This document shows positions 41,170 to 49,708 of a DNA stretch of 64,000 nucleotides, one piece after another. The DNA is from Arcobacteraceae bacterium (lineage in GTDB: Bacteria > Campylobacterota > Campylobacteria > Campylobacterales > Arcobacteraceae), in the NCBI GenBank assembly GCA_965224485.1, contig CBDCZH010000010.1, forward strand, positions 96,001 to 160,000. Reading direction: 5' to 3'. The translations under genes were made by a program, and so were the position numbers. The first letter of the stretch is position 1. Every line of letters begins with the position of its first letter. Below the pieces are notes generated by a model. The model ran no database searches, was not told the DNA's origin, and was given only the letters and a program-made list of their open reading frames with translations.

Positions 41170-42235
41170 AATTATAAATTATAGTGGAAAATTGAATACT
41201 GATAAAATAAGTTCTCTAACAAATTTATTGTTATCATCTAAACATGGTTATCATTTGATATTTTCTAGTAGAAATTTCTTTGATAGAATTTTAAGTTCTG
41301 ATGAATTTAGTCCTTTTTTAAAAAGTGTTGCAGTTCGAGATAGAGCCAATTTAACATTTAACTATGAATTATTAAAGCACATAAATATATTTATACAGGT
41401 AGATTTTGAAAGTTTATTAGATCCATATTCAATAGAAAAAGGTAGTCAACATATTATCATGTTAAGTTACCGTTACTTTATAGAATCTCTATCAATAGCT
41501 CCAACAGCTCTTTTAACTGAAAATATTTCTGATTATAGGCTTTTTAAAATAATTACACAACTTTATATGAAAAAAAACAACTTTTTACTAAATTATAATT
41601 TTAAAAATGAGCATGGTGGTGGATCTGCTATTAAATCAGTATTTGATGAATCAAAGAGTGTTAATAGATTATGTTTATGCTTGCTCGATAATGATAAGAA
41701 ACATCCTAAAGGAGCAAAAGGTACTACAATTGGTGCTTTTCCTATTAATTATTTTTTATTGGTGAATACAGTAAAGGCATTAGATATTGATGTACATGAA
41801 ATTGAATCTCTAATTCCAATGGATATTATTGAAGAAGTTCTTTATGAAAATAATGAAAGCTCAATATTGTCATTTAATATTTTAAAAAAAATAATGATTA
41901 ATGATCCAACTACTAAATATTATTTTGATCACAAAAAAGGTTTTACTGTTAATAAAATTTATGAACTAGAAACACATGGAACATATTGGGTCCCCTTGTT
42001 ATCTCCTTTCGTTAAAAACACTTGTTTTAGTGATGAACACTGTACCTGTAAAGTTAAATGTATGGCCATAAATTGTTTTGGTGAAGGAATTTATCCTCAA
42101 TCTATAAATAAGATGGAAAAATTATCTCTTAAAAAAATAGAAAAAATTCTTAATGAATTAGAAATAAAATGGGATCAAATTGGAAAAGAATTGTTTTCAT
42201 GGGGATGTGCATCAAAAAAACAACGTGTCAACTGA
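41153..42235 (+). CDS. Hypothetical protein with TOPRIM-like acidic motifs, partner of the ATPase
   Basis: LLTENISD, HGGGS, CLLDND, HEIESLIP; overlaps the ATPase stop; start uncertain (41135/41153/41159). Confidence 0.6.
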   Translation: MNMVIEIINYSGKLNTDKISSLTNLLLSSKHGYHLIFSSRNFFDRILSSDEFSPFLKSVAVRDRANLTFNYELLKHINIFIQVDFESLLDPYSIEKGSQHIIMLSYRYFIESLSIAPTALLTENISDYRLFKIITQLYMKKNNFLLNYNFKNEHGGGSAIKSVFDESKSVNRLCLCLLDNDKKHPKGAKGTTIGAFPINYFLLVNTVKALDIDVHEIESLIPMDIIEEVLYENNESSILSFNILKKIMINDPTTKYYFDHKKGFTVNKIYELETHGTYWVPLLSPFVKNTCFSDEHCTCKVKCMAINCFGEGIYPQSINKMEKLSLKKIEKILNELEIKWDQIGKELFSWGCASKKQRVN

Positions 42236-42520
42236 GACTTTTTATTGAATTACACCCCCCCCCTTCAGTTACCACGTAAAAAGTAGCTTAAATTAATCGA
42301 TAATTTTTATATTTTCTTCCTTCCAAGATACTCTTTTTTCATAAAGAGTATTATCGAAGTTTTTATTATTTTTAAAAAGTGAATGTGCGATTAAAATCAT
42401 TTTCTTCATAACTGCTATTTTCTATTATAAGAGGGCTAATAAATTCCACTTTTATAAATAAATAAAATTACACCCCAGGGGTAATAAATCCACTTTTAGA
42501 AATAAAAATGGAAATTATTT

Positions 42521-43345
42521 CTAATAAGACTTCAAACCTAAAACAGAATCTACACCCTCATAAGAATAAACCTGATAATCCTCACTCTTGGATTTTATAG
42601 TATAAACAGCCATTCTATCAGCTAATTCATTACCTTCAATTCCAGCATGACCCTTAACATGTTTAATAGTAATATCATTTTTTAGTTCCTCATATAAAAA
42701 ATGAGCCTTTTTTATTAATTCCAAGTTTTTTATTTCACCACTTTTTTTAGTCCAACCTTTGCTTTTCCAGCTATAAGCCCAAGTAGAAATACAATCAATA
42801 CTATACTTTGAATCAGAAAGAATAGTATGAGAATTTCCTTTGTTTTCTTTGCAAATTAAAAGTGCTTTATATAAAGCATTTAATTCAGCTATATTATTTG
42901 TTCCTCTTTTTACATAATCCCCATAATATAAAACAGGTTTTGCATTTGAAGAGTAAACAGCAACACCACTTCCAGCTTCCCCTGGATTTCCAGAACAAGC
43001 CCCATCACAATATATACTTAAACTGCCACTACTTTGTGTTTCTTTTGTTGTAGTTTCTTTTTTTACTTCTTCAATTTTACTTTCTTCTTTTTTAGGATTT
43101 CTAAAAGCTGATAGTGTTTTATAATTTTCTATAATTTGTTTTTGTACTGCAATTGCTAACTTACCTTTTAAAAGAATCAAAAGGTTTGTATCTGTGGTAG
43201 TTAACTCTTTTTCAAGAATAAGACTATCCCAAGTATCTTCAAGAGGAAAAGATAAATTTAGTATTTTTGCTTGTGCTTTATTTAGTGTAAAATCATTTAG
43301 TATTAGTTCAAGATATTTTTCATCAATTTTCATATAATATTCCAT
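42521..43345 (-). CDS. rnhA: Ribonuclease HI with N-terminal extension
   Basis: YCDGACSGNPG, TNNIAEL, SDSKY, HVKGHAGIEGNELADRMA. Confidence 0.9.
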   Translation of the reverse strand: MEYYMKIDEKYLELILNDFTLNKAQAKILNLSFPLEDTWDSLILEKELTTTDTNLLILLKGKLAIAVQKQIIENYKTLSAFRNPKKEESKIEEVKKETTTKETQSSGSLSIYCDGACSGNPGEAGSGVAVYSSNAKPVLYYGDYVKRGTNNIAELNALYKALLICKENKGNSHTILSDSKYSIDCISTWAYSWKSKGWTKKSGEIKNLELIKKAHFLYEELKNDITIKHVKGHAGIEGNELADRMAVYTIKSKSEDYQVYSYEGVDSVLGLKSY

Positions 43346-43441
43346 ATTTTTAATGAAATTATATCAAAGTTTTATTAGTTTTAAATATAAATGAGTATTA
43401 AATTAGTTGACAATATGACAACAAAAAGATATACTAAAAGT

Positions 43442-43741
43442 ATGAGAGTTATTTCAAAAAAAACATTAAAAGAATTTTATGAAAATCCTTTATATAAAGA
43501 TAGTAAAAATTCTTTAGAAGCCTGGCATAAAGAAGTAATAAATGCTAATTGGCTAAAACCAAATGATATAAAAATATATTATAAAAATGCAAGTGTTGTT
43601 GGTAATAATAGAATTGTATTTAATATACATGGTAATAAATATAGATTAATTGTAAAAATTAATTATTTTGCAAAAATTGTATTTATTAGATTTATAGGAA
43701 CTCATAAACAATATGATGAACTAGATGCAAGAGAGGTATAA
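43442..43741 (+). CDS. higB: HigB family mRNA interferase toxin
   Basis: MRVISKKTLKEF, W..P.DIK, VFNIHGNKYRLI, FIGTHKQYD. Confidence 0.9.
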   Translation: MRVISKKTLKEFYENPLYKDSKNSLEAWHKEVINANWLKPNDIKIYYKNASVVGNNRIVFNIHGNKYRLIVKINYFAKIVFIRFIGTHKQYDELDAREV

Positions 43742-43742
43742 A

Positions 43743-44108
43743 ATGAGTATAAAACCAATTAGAAGTAAGCAAGATTATGATAATACTTTAAATAGAATTG
43801 AAGAGCTTATGGATGCAGTTCCTAACTCTTGTGAATTTGATGAATTAGAAGTATTAACTATATTAGTAGAAGCTTATGAAGAAATATATTATAAAATAGA
43901 AGCACCAGATCCAGTAAGTGCAATTTTATTTAGAATGGAACAAGAAGGATTAAAACAAAAAGATTTAATTCCAATATTAGGTGATAAATCAATAGTATCA
44001 AAAATTTTAAATGGACAAAGAAAATTAACTACTAAAATGATAAAAAATTTACATACACAATTAAAAATACCTTTTGAAAGCTTATTTGGAAAATTATCTT
44101 ATTCTTAA
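43743..44108 (+). CDS. higA: HigA family HTH antitoxin
   Basis: IKPIRS..DY, LVEAYE, PDPV.AI.FRMEQ.GL.QKDL, R.LT..MI. Confidence 0.9.
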   Translation: MSIKPIRSKQDYDNTLNRIEELMDAVPNSCEFDELEVLTILVEAYEEIYYKIEAPDPVSAILFRMEQEGLKQKDLIPILGDKSIVSKILNGQRKLTTKMIKNLHTQLKIPFESLFGKLSYS

Positions 44109-44326
44109 AAGATTAGTATTCTGATACTGTTATTATGCTAATTATATAAATAAATGATAAATTCAACCTCATGGGTTTAATTTTAAAAAAGAATAGATTA
44201 CCAAAAGTTAAAAGTAATATTAATCAGACCAATAAAGAGTCTAAATCATAAAATGACACGATTACAAGTTTTAATCGGCTCATATTATGATACGATTATA
44301 GTAATTATTCGTCTCAAAGGTTAAAT

Positions 44327-45472
44327 ATGAAAGAAGAAATCATAAAATGGATATGGCAACATCAAGACTATCCAAATTTTAAATATGACAAAACAAAATT
44401 AACTAACATAATTAGTCAAATAGATTATACAATAGGGATACTTGATGGTATATCAAAACTTTTTAGTGAAGATGATATCGTTAATATTGAGATTGAAACC
44501 TTAACCGATGAAGCTATTAACACATCTTTAATAGAGGGAGAAGTATTTAAAAGGGAAAGTGTTCAATTCTCTTTTAGAAAGAAACTAGATAAAGATTTTG
44601 ATGCAAGTAATGATAAATACTCAACTAGGATAACGGATAATCTTGTAGAGATTCTTATTGATTCAAATTTAAATAAAGGAAACTTAAATTTAGATAGATT
44701 ACATTCTTGGCATAATTGTCTTTTTGAACATTCTTTATATAACAAATTAAATAGGATTGATATCGCAAAATTTAGAAGTAATAGTGATATGAAAGTAATT
44801 TCAGGTGCAATAGGACATGAAAAAATTCATTATAAGGCAGTAGACGAAGAAAAAATTGATACTGATATTGAAAGTTTTTTAAATTATTGTAATGAAAGTG
44901 ATGAAAATATCTATATAAAATCTGCAATTGCACATATTTGGTTTGTAATTATCCATCCTTATGATGATGGTAATGGTAGAATTGCAAGAGCTGTTACTGA
45001 TTATATACTATCTGGAAATACTTCAAGTACCAAGTTTAAGCTTTATTCTATATCTACAGCTATTAATAGTGATAGAAAAGGTTATTATGATATTTTAGAT
45101 AATACTACTAATTTATTTTTAAATAGAGACTTTGATTTAACACCTTGGCTTGAGTGGCACTTAATGATATTAAATACAGCTATTCAACAATCATTAAAAA
45201 ATATTGAATATTTGGTTCAAAAAACAAAGTTTTGGAATATACATAGAAAACATGCATTAAATGAAAGACAAATCAAAGTATTAAATAAAATACTAGATAT
45301 TGGTGTTGAAAATTTTGAAGGTGTATTAAATACAAAAAAATATATGTCTATTACAAAAGTTAGTAAAGCAACAGCCGTAAGAGATATTTCTTCACTTTTA
45401 GAACTAGGTTGTATAGAACAAGTTGAAGGTTCAGCAGGTAGAAATGTGAAGTATCTTGTTAAAGTTATATAA
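44327..45472 (+). CDS. Fic family protein (DUF4172 N-terminus, C-terminal HTH)
   Basis: WIWQH.DYPNF, HPYDDGNGRIAR Fic motif, SKATAVRDI. Confidence 0.92.
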   Translation: MKEEIIKWIWQHQDYPNFKYDKTKLTNIISQIDYTIGILDGISKLFSEDDIVNIEIETLTDEAINTSLIEGEVFKRESVQFSFRKKLDKDFDASNDKYSTRITDNLVEILIDSNLNKGNLNLDRLHSWHNCLFEHSLYNKLNRIDIAKFRSNSDMKVISGAIGHEKIHYKAVDEEKIDTDIESFLNYCNESDENIYIKSAIAHIWFVIIHPYDDGNGRIARAVTDYILSGNTSSTKFKLYSISTAINSDRKGYYDILDNTTNLFLNRDFDLTPWLEWHLMILNTAIQQSLKNIEYLVQKTKFWNIHRKHALNERQIKVLNKILDIGVENFEGVLNTKKYMSITKVSKATAVRDISSLLELGCIEQVEGSAGRNVKYLVKVI

Positions 45473-45546
45473 ATATAAGCATATATATTTTAAAAATGTT
45501 TTTGATTTAATTGAATGATATAGCCTATTGAGAGTCTAAGCTAAAG

Positions 45547-45575
45547 TGGTGCACCTGAGAAGATTTGAACTTCCA
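45547..45575 (-). other. tRNA 3'-end remnant (T-arm, acceptor strand, CCA): probable att site
   Basis: Reverse complement GGAAG-TTCAAAT-CTTCT-CAGGTGC-A-CCA; no matching 5' half adjacent; 130 bp from an integrase. Confidence 0.8.
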
Positions 45576-45704
45576 AGTCCACACTAAAAATTTACAACAC
45601 ACTCGATATATAGGTATTTGTGTTATCACTAACCTTAAACTAATATTAGTTTTTAAGCTATTATCATGTAAAATTCATGTTATAAAAATCAATGTTAAAA
45701 AGGC

Positions 45705-47546
45705 TTGATAGTGAATCATGTAAAAAAAGAAGTTCAATTACAAATACAGACGAGATATAATAAAAATTTTACAGTGTTTTTTACACAACTATATGTTCCA
45801 ACGACAAAAGAAAAACGAGGTAATACATATAATGTAATTTTAGGTCGTTCAAATAATGAATTTACAAAAGAAAAAGCATTATTGAAAATGAATTATCTTA
45901 ATGAAGAAATTAATAAAGGTAATTATGATTATAAAAATATTTTATTACAATATGAATCTACAAAAAATCATGAAAAGCCAAATAAAAATGGTTTAACTTT
46001 AGAAGAAATTGGTGAATTATATTTTACTAGATATTTAGACACAATTAAAAATTCTTTCTTCATTGAATATATTAATAGATTTGATTTTAAAGAATTAGAT
46101 GATGTTCTTACAAATCAATTATTCATTAATAAAATGAAATCATCAAGAACTTATTGTAATTACTTTAAAAATCATGTAGTAGTGAAAGAATGGATTTTAG
46201 AGCAACACTATACTAAACGAGATAATAAACCCAAAAAGAAATTAACAAAAATCGGTATCAAATCAAAAACAGATTTATCCCAAATGTTAATTAATGATAT
46301 AGATGAAAATCAATTAGACGATTGGATTCAAAAAATTAAAAATAAAACAAATATTGGTGAAAAAAGTAAGTTCAATATTATCACACAATTGAAAGGTATT
46401 TTTAGTTTTGCAAAGAAAAAAAAATATTTATTAGATAATCCTTTTCAATATATAGAAATAGCAAGATTACAAAGAAATCCAAAAAATGTACGAGAAAAAA
46501 CTTTATCAATAAAAGAATCAAAAGTCATATTTGGAAAGTTTTACGAAAAAAAAGGGTTAAATTCTTTTCATGCTTCTTTATTAGGTCTTTGTACGGGTTC
46601 ACGTGTTGAAGGTATATTAAATATCAGAAAGTCGGACTTTAGGCTAAATTATGACATTGAACGTTTCGAACCTAGATATTATACTATTCAACTTTTTAAT
46701 TTTAAAACAAGGAAAAAATATGAAGTTCCCTTACCAACAAATGTAGGTGAATATTTCTTTTTATTACTTCATAAAGACTATAAAGATAATGAATATATCT
46801 TACGTGCAATAAATCCTAAACAAAGAAAAATTAAATCATTTGCTGAATTACCAAAAGATTTTAAAGATATATGTAATCAGTATCTTAATGCTACAGCCGA
46901 AATGAAAATTTATTATGATTTTATAGAAGACGATAAAGAAACTATTGAACAAATTGAATGTGCAAGTGCATTTTTAGAAGAATCACACATGGGACAACAA
47001 ATACTTATTAAAAGAAAAGAAGTAATTAAGTTTAATAAAGAAAAAATTAATGAACTAAGATTAGATTACTTAAGTTTAAAGAACCATGATAATTATCTTA
47101 AAACAAATTTTAGCTTTCATAACTTTAGACACACACTCGCAACAGAATTAACAAAAACATCACCTTTTATTGCAACAAAATTTTTAAATCATAGTGCTGA
47201 TAAATTAAATATGTCACAACAAACATTTGAATATGCAAAAGCAGATATGGAATCAATGAAATTAGTGGTAGACGTTACATTAGAAAAATTCTTAACATTC
47301 TTAGACATAAAAGTTAAACATTTAAAAGAAGAATTAAAAGAATCACCTTTTGATATTGAACGAAAATTATTTTATAAGAATAAAGGCGAATATTCCTCAA
47401 TGGATAGAACACAAGAAATAATTAAAACAAAAAAAATTAATATGTTTGAAGTTGTAAAAGGTGAAGCAGAATTTTTAGAATTAGTAAACAGTTTAAAAAG
47501 TGATGATGAAAAATTTAAAGAATTGTTAGAGTTAGAAAATATATAA
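45705..47546 (+). CDS. Tyrosine recombinase / integrase
   Basis: TGSRVEGILNIR (R), FKT (K), FHNFRHT (HxxR), LNHS, TFEY (Y); SAM-like core-binding region. Confidence 0.9.
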   Translation: MIVNHVKKEVQLQIQTRYNKNFTVFFTQLYVPTTKEKRGNTYNVILGRSNNEFTKEKALLKMNYLNEEINKGNYDYKNILLQYESTKNHEKPNKNGLTLEEIGELYFTRYLDTIKNSFFIEYINRFDFKELDDVLTNQLFINKMKSSRTYCNYFKNHVVVKEWILEQHYTKRDNKPKKKLTKIGIKSKTDLSQMLINDIDENQLDDWIQKIKNKTNIGEKSKFNIITQLKGIFSFAKKKKYLLDNPFQYIEIARLQRNPKNVREKTLSIKESKVIFGKFYEKKGLNSFHASLLGLCTGSRVEGILNIRKSDFRLNYDIERFEPRYYTIQLFNFKTRKKYEVPLPTNVGEYFFLLLHKDYKDNEYILRAINPKQRKIKSFAELPKDFKDICNQYLNATAEMKIYYDFIEDDKETIEQIECASAFLEESHMGQQILIKRKEVIKFNKEKINELRLDYLSLKNHDNYLKTNFSFHNFRHTLATELTKTSPFIATKFLNHSADKLNMSQQTFEYAKADMESMKLVVDVTLEKFLTFLDIKVKHLKEELKESPFDIERKLFYKNKGEYSSMDRTQEIIKTKKINMFEVVKGEAEFLELVNSLKSDDEKFKELLELENI

Positions 47547-47595
47547 GTAGCATACATAAGTATTTTTAATAATATATTAAGATATGTAATGCTAC
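47547..47595. terminator. Probable bidirectional terminator
   Basis: AGTAGCAT-ACATA ... TATGT-A-ATGCTACT inverted repeat between convergent genes. Confidence 0.5.
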
Positions 47596-47610
47596 TATCT
47601 TTTAGTTTAA

Positions 47611-47838
47611 TTATTTGTTATCACTATTTTTAATAAATTCTTGAACTGCTTGACGTAATATATAAGAATTAGTTCTATTTTCAATCTTAGCTATTCTAGT
47701 TATATCTTCAAGCTCGTTTTTATTTATATAAGAAACAATTCTTTCAGATGCTTTTTCATCATCATTTAAAGATTTCTTTCTACCTTGTGTTTTTCTAATA
47801 GAACCATCTTTATTTAAAACTATATCTTCTTTCTTCAT
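47611..47838 (-). CDS. Ribbon-helix-helix (CopG-like) regulator
   Basis: GRKK..ERIVSYI...L..IAK.E.RT.SYILRQAV.EFI pattern. Confidence 0.7.
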   Translation of the reverse strand: MKKEDIVLNKDGSIRKTQGRKKSLNDDEKASERIVSYINKNELEDITRIAKIENRTNSYILRQAVQEFIKNSDNK

Positions 47839-47988
47839 CTATTTCCTTTTCATAAAATTAACCTTTCATTATAACATACTGTTCTTTTTAATAATATTTA
47901 ATGATTCTTAATATTTAATAGACATTCTTAAGCATTAACTGTGCTACTTAATGATAATATATGCTATAAAACAAAAAGGCTGAATTAT

Positions 47989-48111
47989 ATGAAACAATTA
48001 TCTTTCATGATATCTATACTGATTTCTACTTATTCAATTTCAAGTGCTTTTATTATAGATAAACAAGAACTTAAAAAACAAGTACAAAAAATAACAAAGG
48101 TTGATGAATGA
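47989..48111 (+). CDS. Small protein with signal-like N-terminus (40 aa)
   Basis: MKQLSFMISILISTYSISSAFIIDKQELKKQVQKITKVDE; AAGG RBS; ATGA-coupled to the next ORF. Confidence 0.45.
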   Translation: MKQLSFMISILISTYSISSAFIIDKQELKKQVQKITKVDE

Positions 48112-48200
48112 TTTCTTTTATTTTAACAACAACAATAGACATATTAGTAGAATCAACAATTATGATTTTAACAATACCCTTAATCCCATTTCAATGTTAA
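48108..48200 (+). CDS. Small hydrophobic peptide (30 aa)
   Basis: MISFILTTTIDILVESTIMILTIPLIPFQC; AAGG RBS, ATGA overlap. Confidence 0.35.
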   Translation: MISFILTTTIDILVESTIMILTIPLIPFQC

Positions 48201-48225
48201 CAAAAAATCAAAATAAAGGCATAAA

Positions 48226-48984
48226 ATGACTAAAAAAACACTAATAACTATATTAACTATATCATCACTATTCATAGCTTGTGGGGCTGATAGTAAAGTT
48301 AAAGTTAAAAATACAGATGATTTAAAAAGTACCTCTTATAAGTTTCAGAATTCGTTTGAACAGATTAATAATTTAACTATTAAAGATGATAAAAGTTGGA
48401 GTATAGAAAGCATTAAAGGTAATAAAGTAACCCTTATTAATAATGAATTAATCTATTATAAAAATGATAATGTTTTTCTCAAATCAAAAATCGTAACTGA
48501 TTTCGAGGGTATCATAAAACAATCTTTATCTGAATACAACGGTAGACGTGTCAGTACAGTAAATATTTTGATGAGTAATAATATCACTAAAGATATCTGT
48601 GATAATAATTTTGCTACTCAAAGCGCACGAGATTATTTATTTTTTAATCAAGATGAAATATTTTGTTTTAATAATTTAGATGGAGCAATTAAGCAATATT
48701 ATTTAGACAGATTTAAATCCATTGCTTTAATAAAAAAATATAATTTACTTGGAAAATGGCAAGATAAAAATAAAAATATTTGGAATTTTAACGAAAAAGG
48801 AGCTTGGTCTAGTTCTCTTTTTAACAAAACTGAATCAATGAAAGGAACTCTAATAATTAAAGAAAGAAATATCTTAAATTTAAAAATGGGTAGTAATAAA
48901 TCATTAAAACTTTCACTTCCAATTACTCAGAAAAATGGATGCATATTATTCAAATCACATAATATACTACTCTGCAAAATCTAA
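48226..48984 (+). CDS. Hypothetical lipoprotein
   Basis: MTKK + hydrophobic stretch + FIAC lipobox. Confidence 0.75.
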   Translation: MTKKTLITILTISSLFIACGADSKVKVKNTDDLKSTSYKFQNSFEQINNLTIKDDKSWSIESIKGNKVTLINNELIYYKNDNVFLKSKIVTDFEGIIKQSLSEYNGRRVSTVNILMSNNITKDICDNNFATQSARDYLFFNQDEIFCFNNLDGAIKQYYLDRFKSIALIKKYNLLGKWQDKNKNIWNFNEKGAWSSSLFNKTESMKGTLIIKERNILNLKMGSNKSLKLSLPITQKNGCILFKSHNILLCKI

Positions 48985-49089
48985 ATGAAAACGTTAATAA
49001 ATTACTATAAAAAATCTTCAAAACGTAATTTATTAACTCTTCTTCTCTTAATACAAATAATCTCAATACTGCTACTCTTATACATATAA
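48985..49089 (+). CDS. Small membrane peptide (34 aa)
   Basis: MKTLINYYKKSSKRNLLTLLLLIQIISILLLLYI immediately after the lipoprotein stop. Confidence 0.35.
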   Translation: MKTLINYYKKSSKRNLLTLLLLIQIISILLLLYI

Positions 49090-49303
49090 CTCATAAACTA
49101 TAACTTATCTACTATATCAATATTTATCTCTTTAAGCTATCTTAAAATCACTTTAAACACTATTCTCTTATTAAACTCGAATAACATTAATCCAATAAAT
49201 AAAATTAAAATTTCATAACTCAATTACTATAAGCATTAATAATGCTACAAATTTAAATCAAAAAAACAAAAAACTTATTATAATAAAAATAAAAGGATAT
49301 CAC

Positions 49304-49579
49304 ATGCAAAATCAAGAAGAAGAAATAACAATATTAAAAAAGAATCATGACGTATTAAATCAAATAAAAACATATTACTATAAAGAGATTCAAGATTATA
49401 AAAATTATGAATTATCAAAAACAAATATTAAAGATTTACGTCAAAAACTGACGCTAGAAAAAAAAGAAGGGTTCACTCATAAACTTAGAACAATCTCACT
49501 TTACACACAAGAAAAAGACCATCTTTTAAAACTTTATATCTCAAAACTTTACTTAGAAAATTTTCCTAAAAACTCTTAA
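49304..49579 (+). CDS. Hypothetical protein
   Basis: 91 aa ORF with AAGGA RBS. Confidence 0.6.
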   Translation: MQNQEEEITILKKNHDVLNQIKTYYYKEIQDYKNYELSKTNIKDLRQKLTLEKKEGFTHKLRTISLYTQEKDHLLKLYISKLYLENFPKNS

Positions 49580-49708
49580 AATAATTGGCATATTTTCATT
49601 AGAAAAAATATGTCTTAGTCCGTAAATTAATCTACATTTAACAATTTAAACGTCTGTAAGGACTATTCTAAGGAACTAAACTATAATCATGCTAAAAAGA
49701 ATAAGTTT

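Noticed and set aside
38739..42235. Retron (structured ncRNA plus ATPase/TOPRIM effector)
   Set aside because: No reverse transcriptase ORF (no YADD-type motif) anywhere in the window
42255..42263. C9 tract as a phase-variation switch
   Set aside because: It lies downstream of two convergent stop codons, not in a CDS or evident promoter; treated as part of the short palindromic motif family
45547..45620. Intact tRNA gene
   Set aside because: Only the T-arm, acceptor 3' strand and CCA are present; no D-arm, anticodon arm or matching 5' acceptor strand
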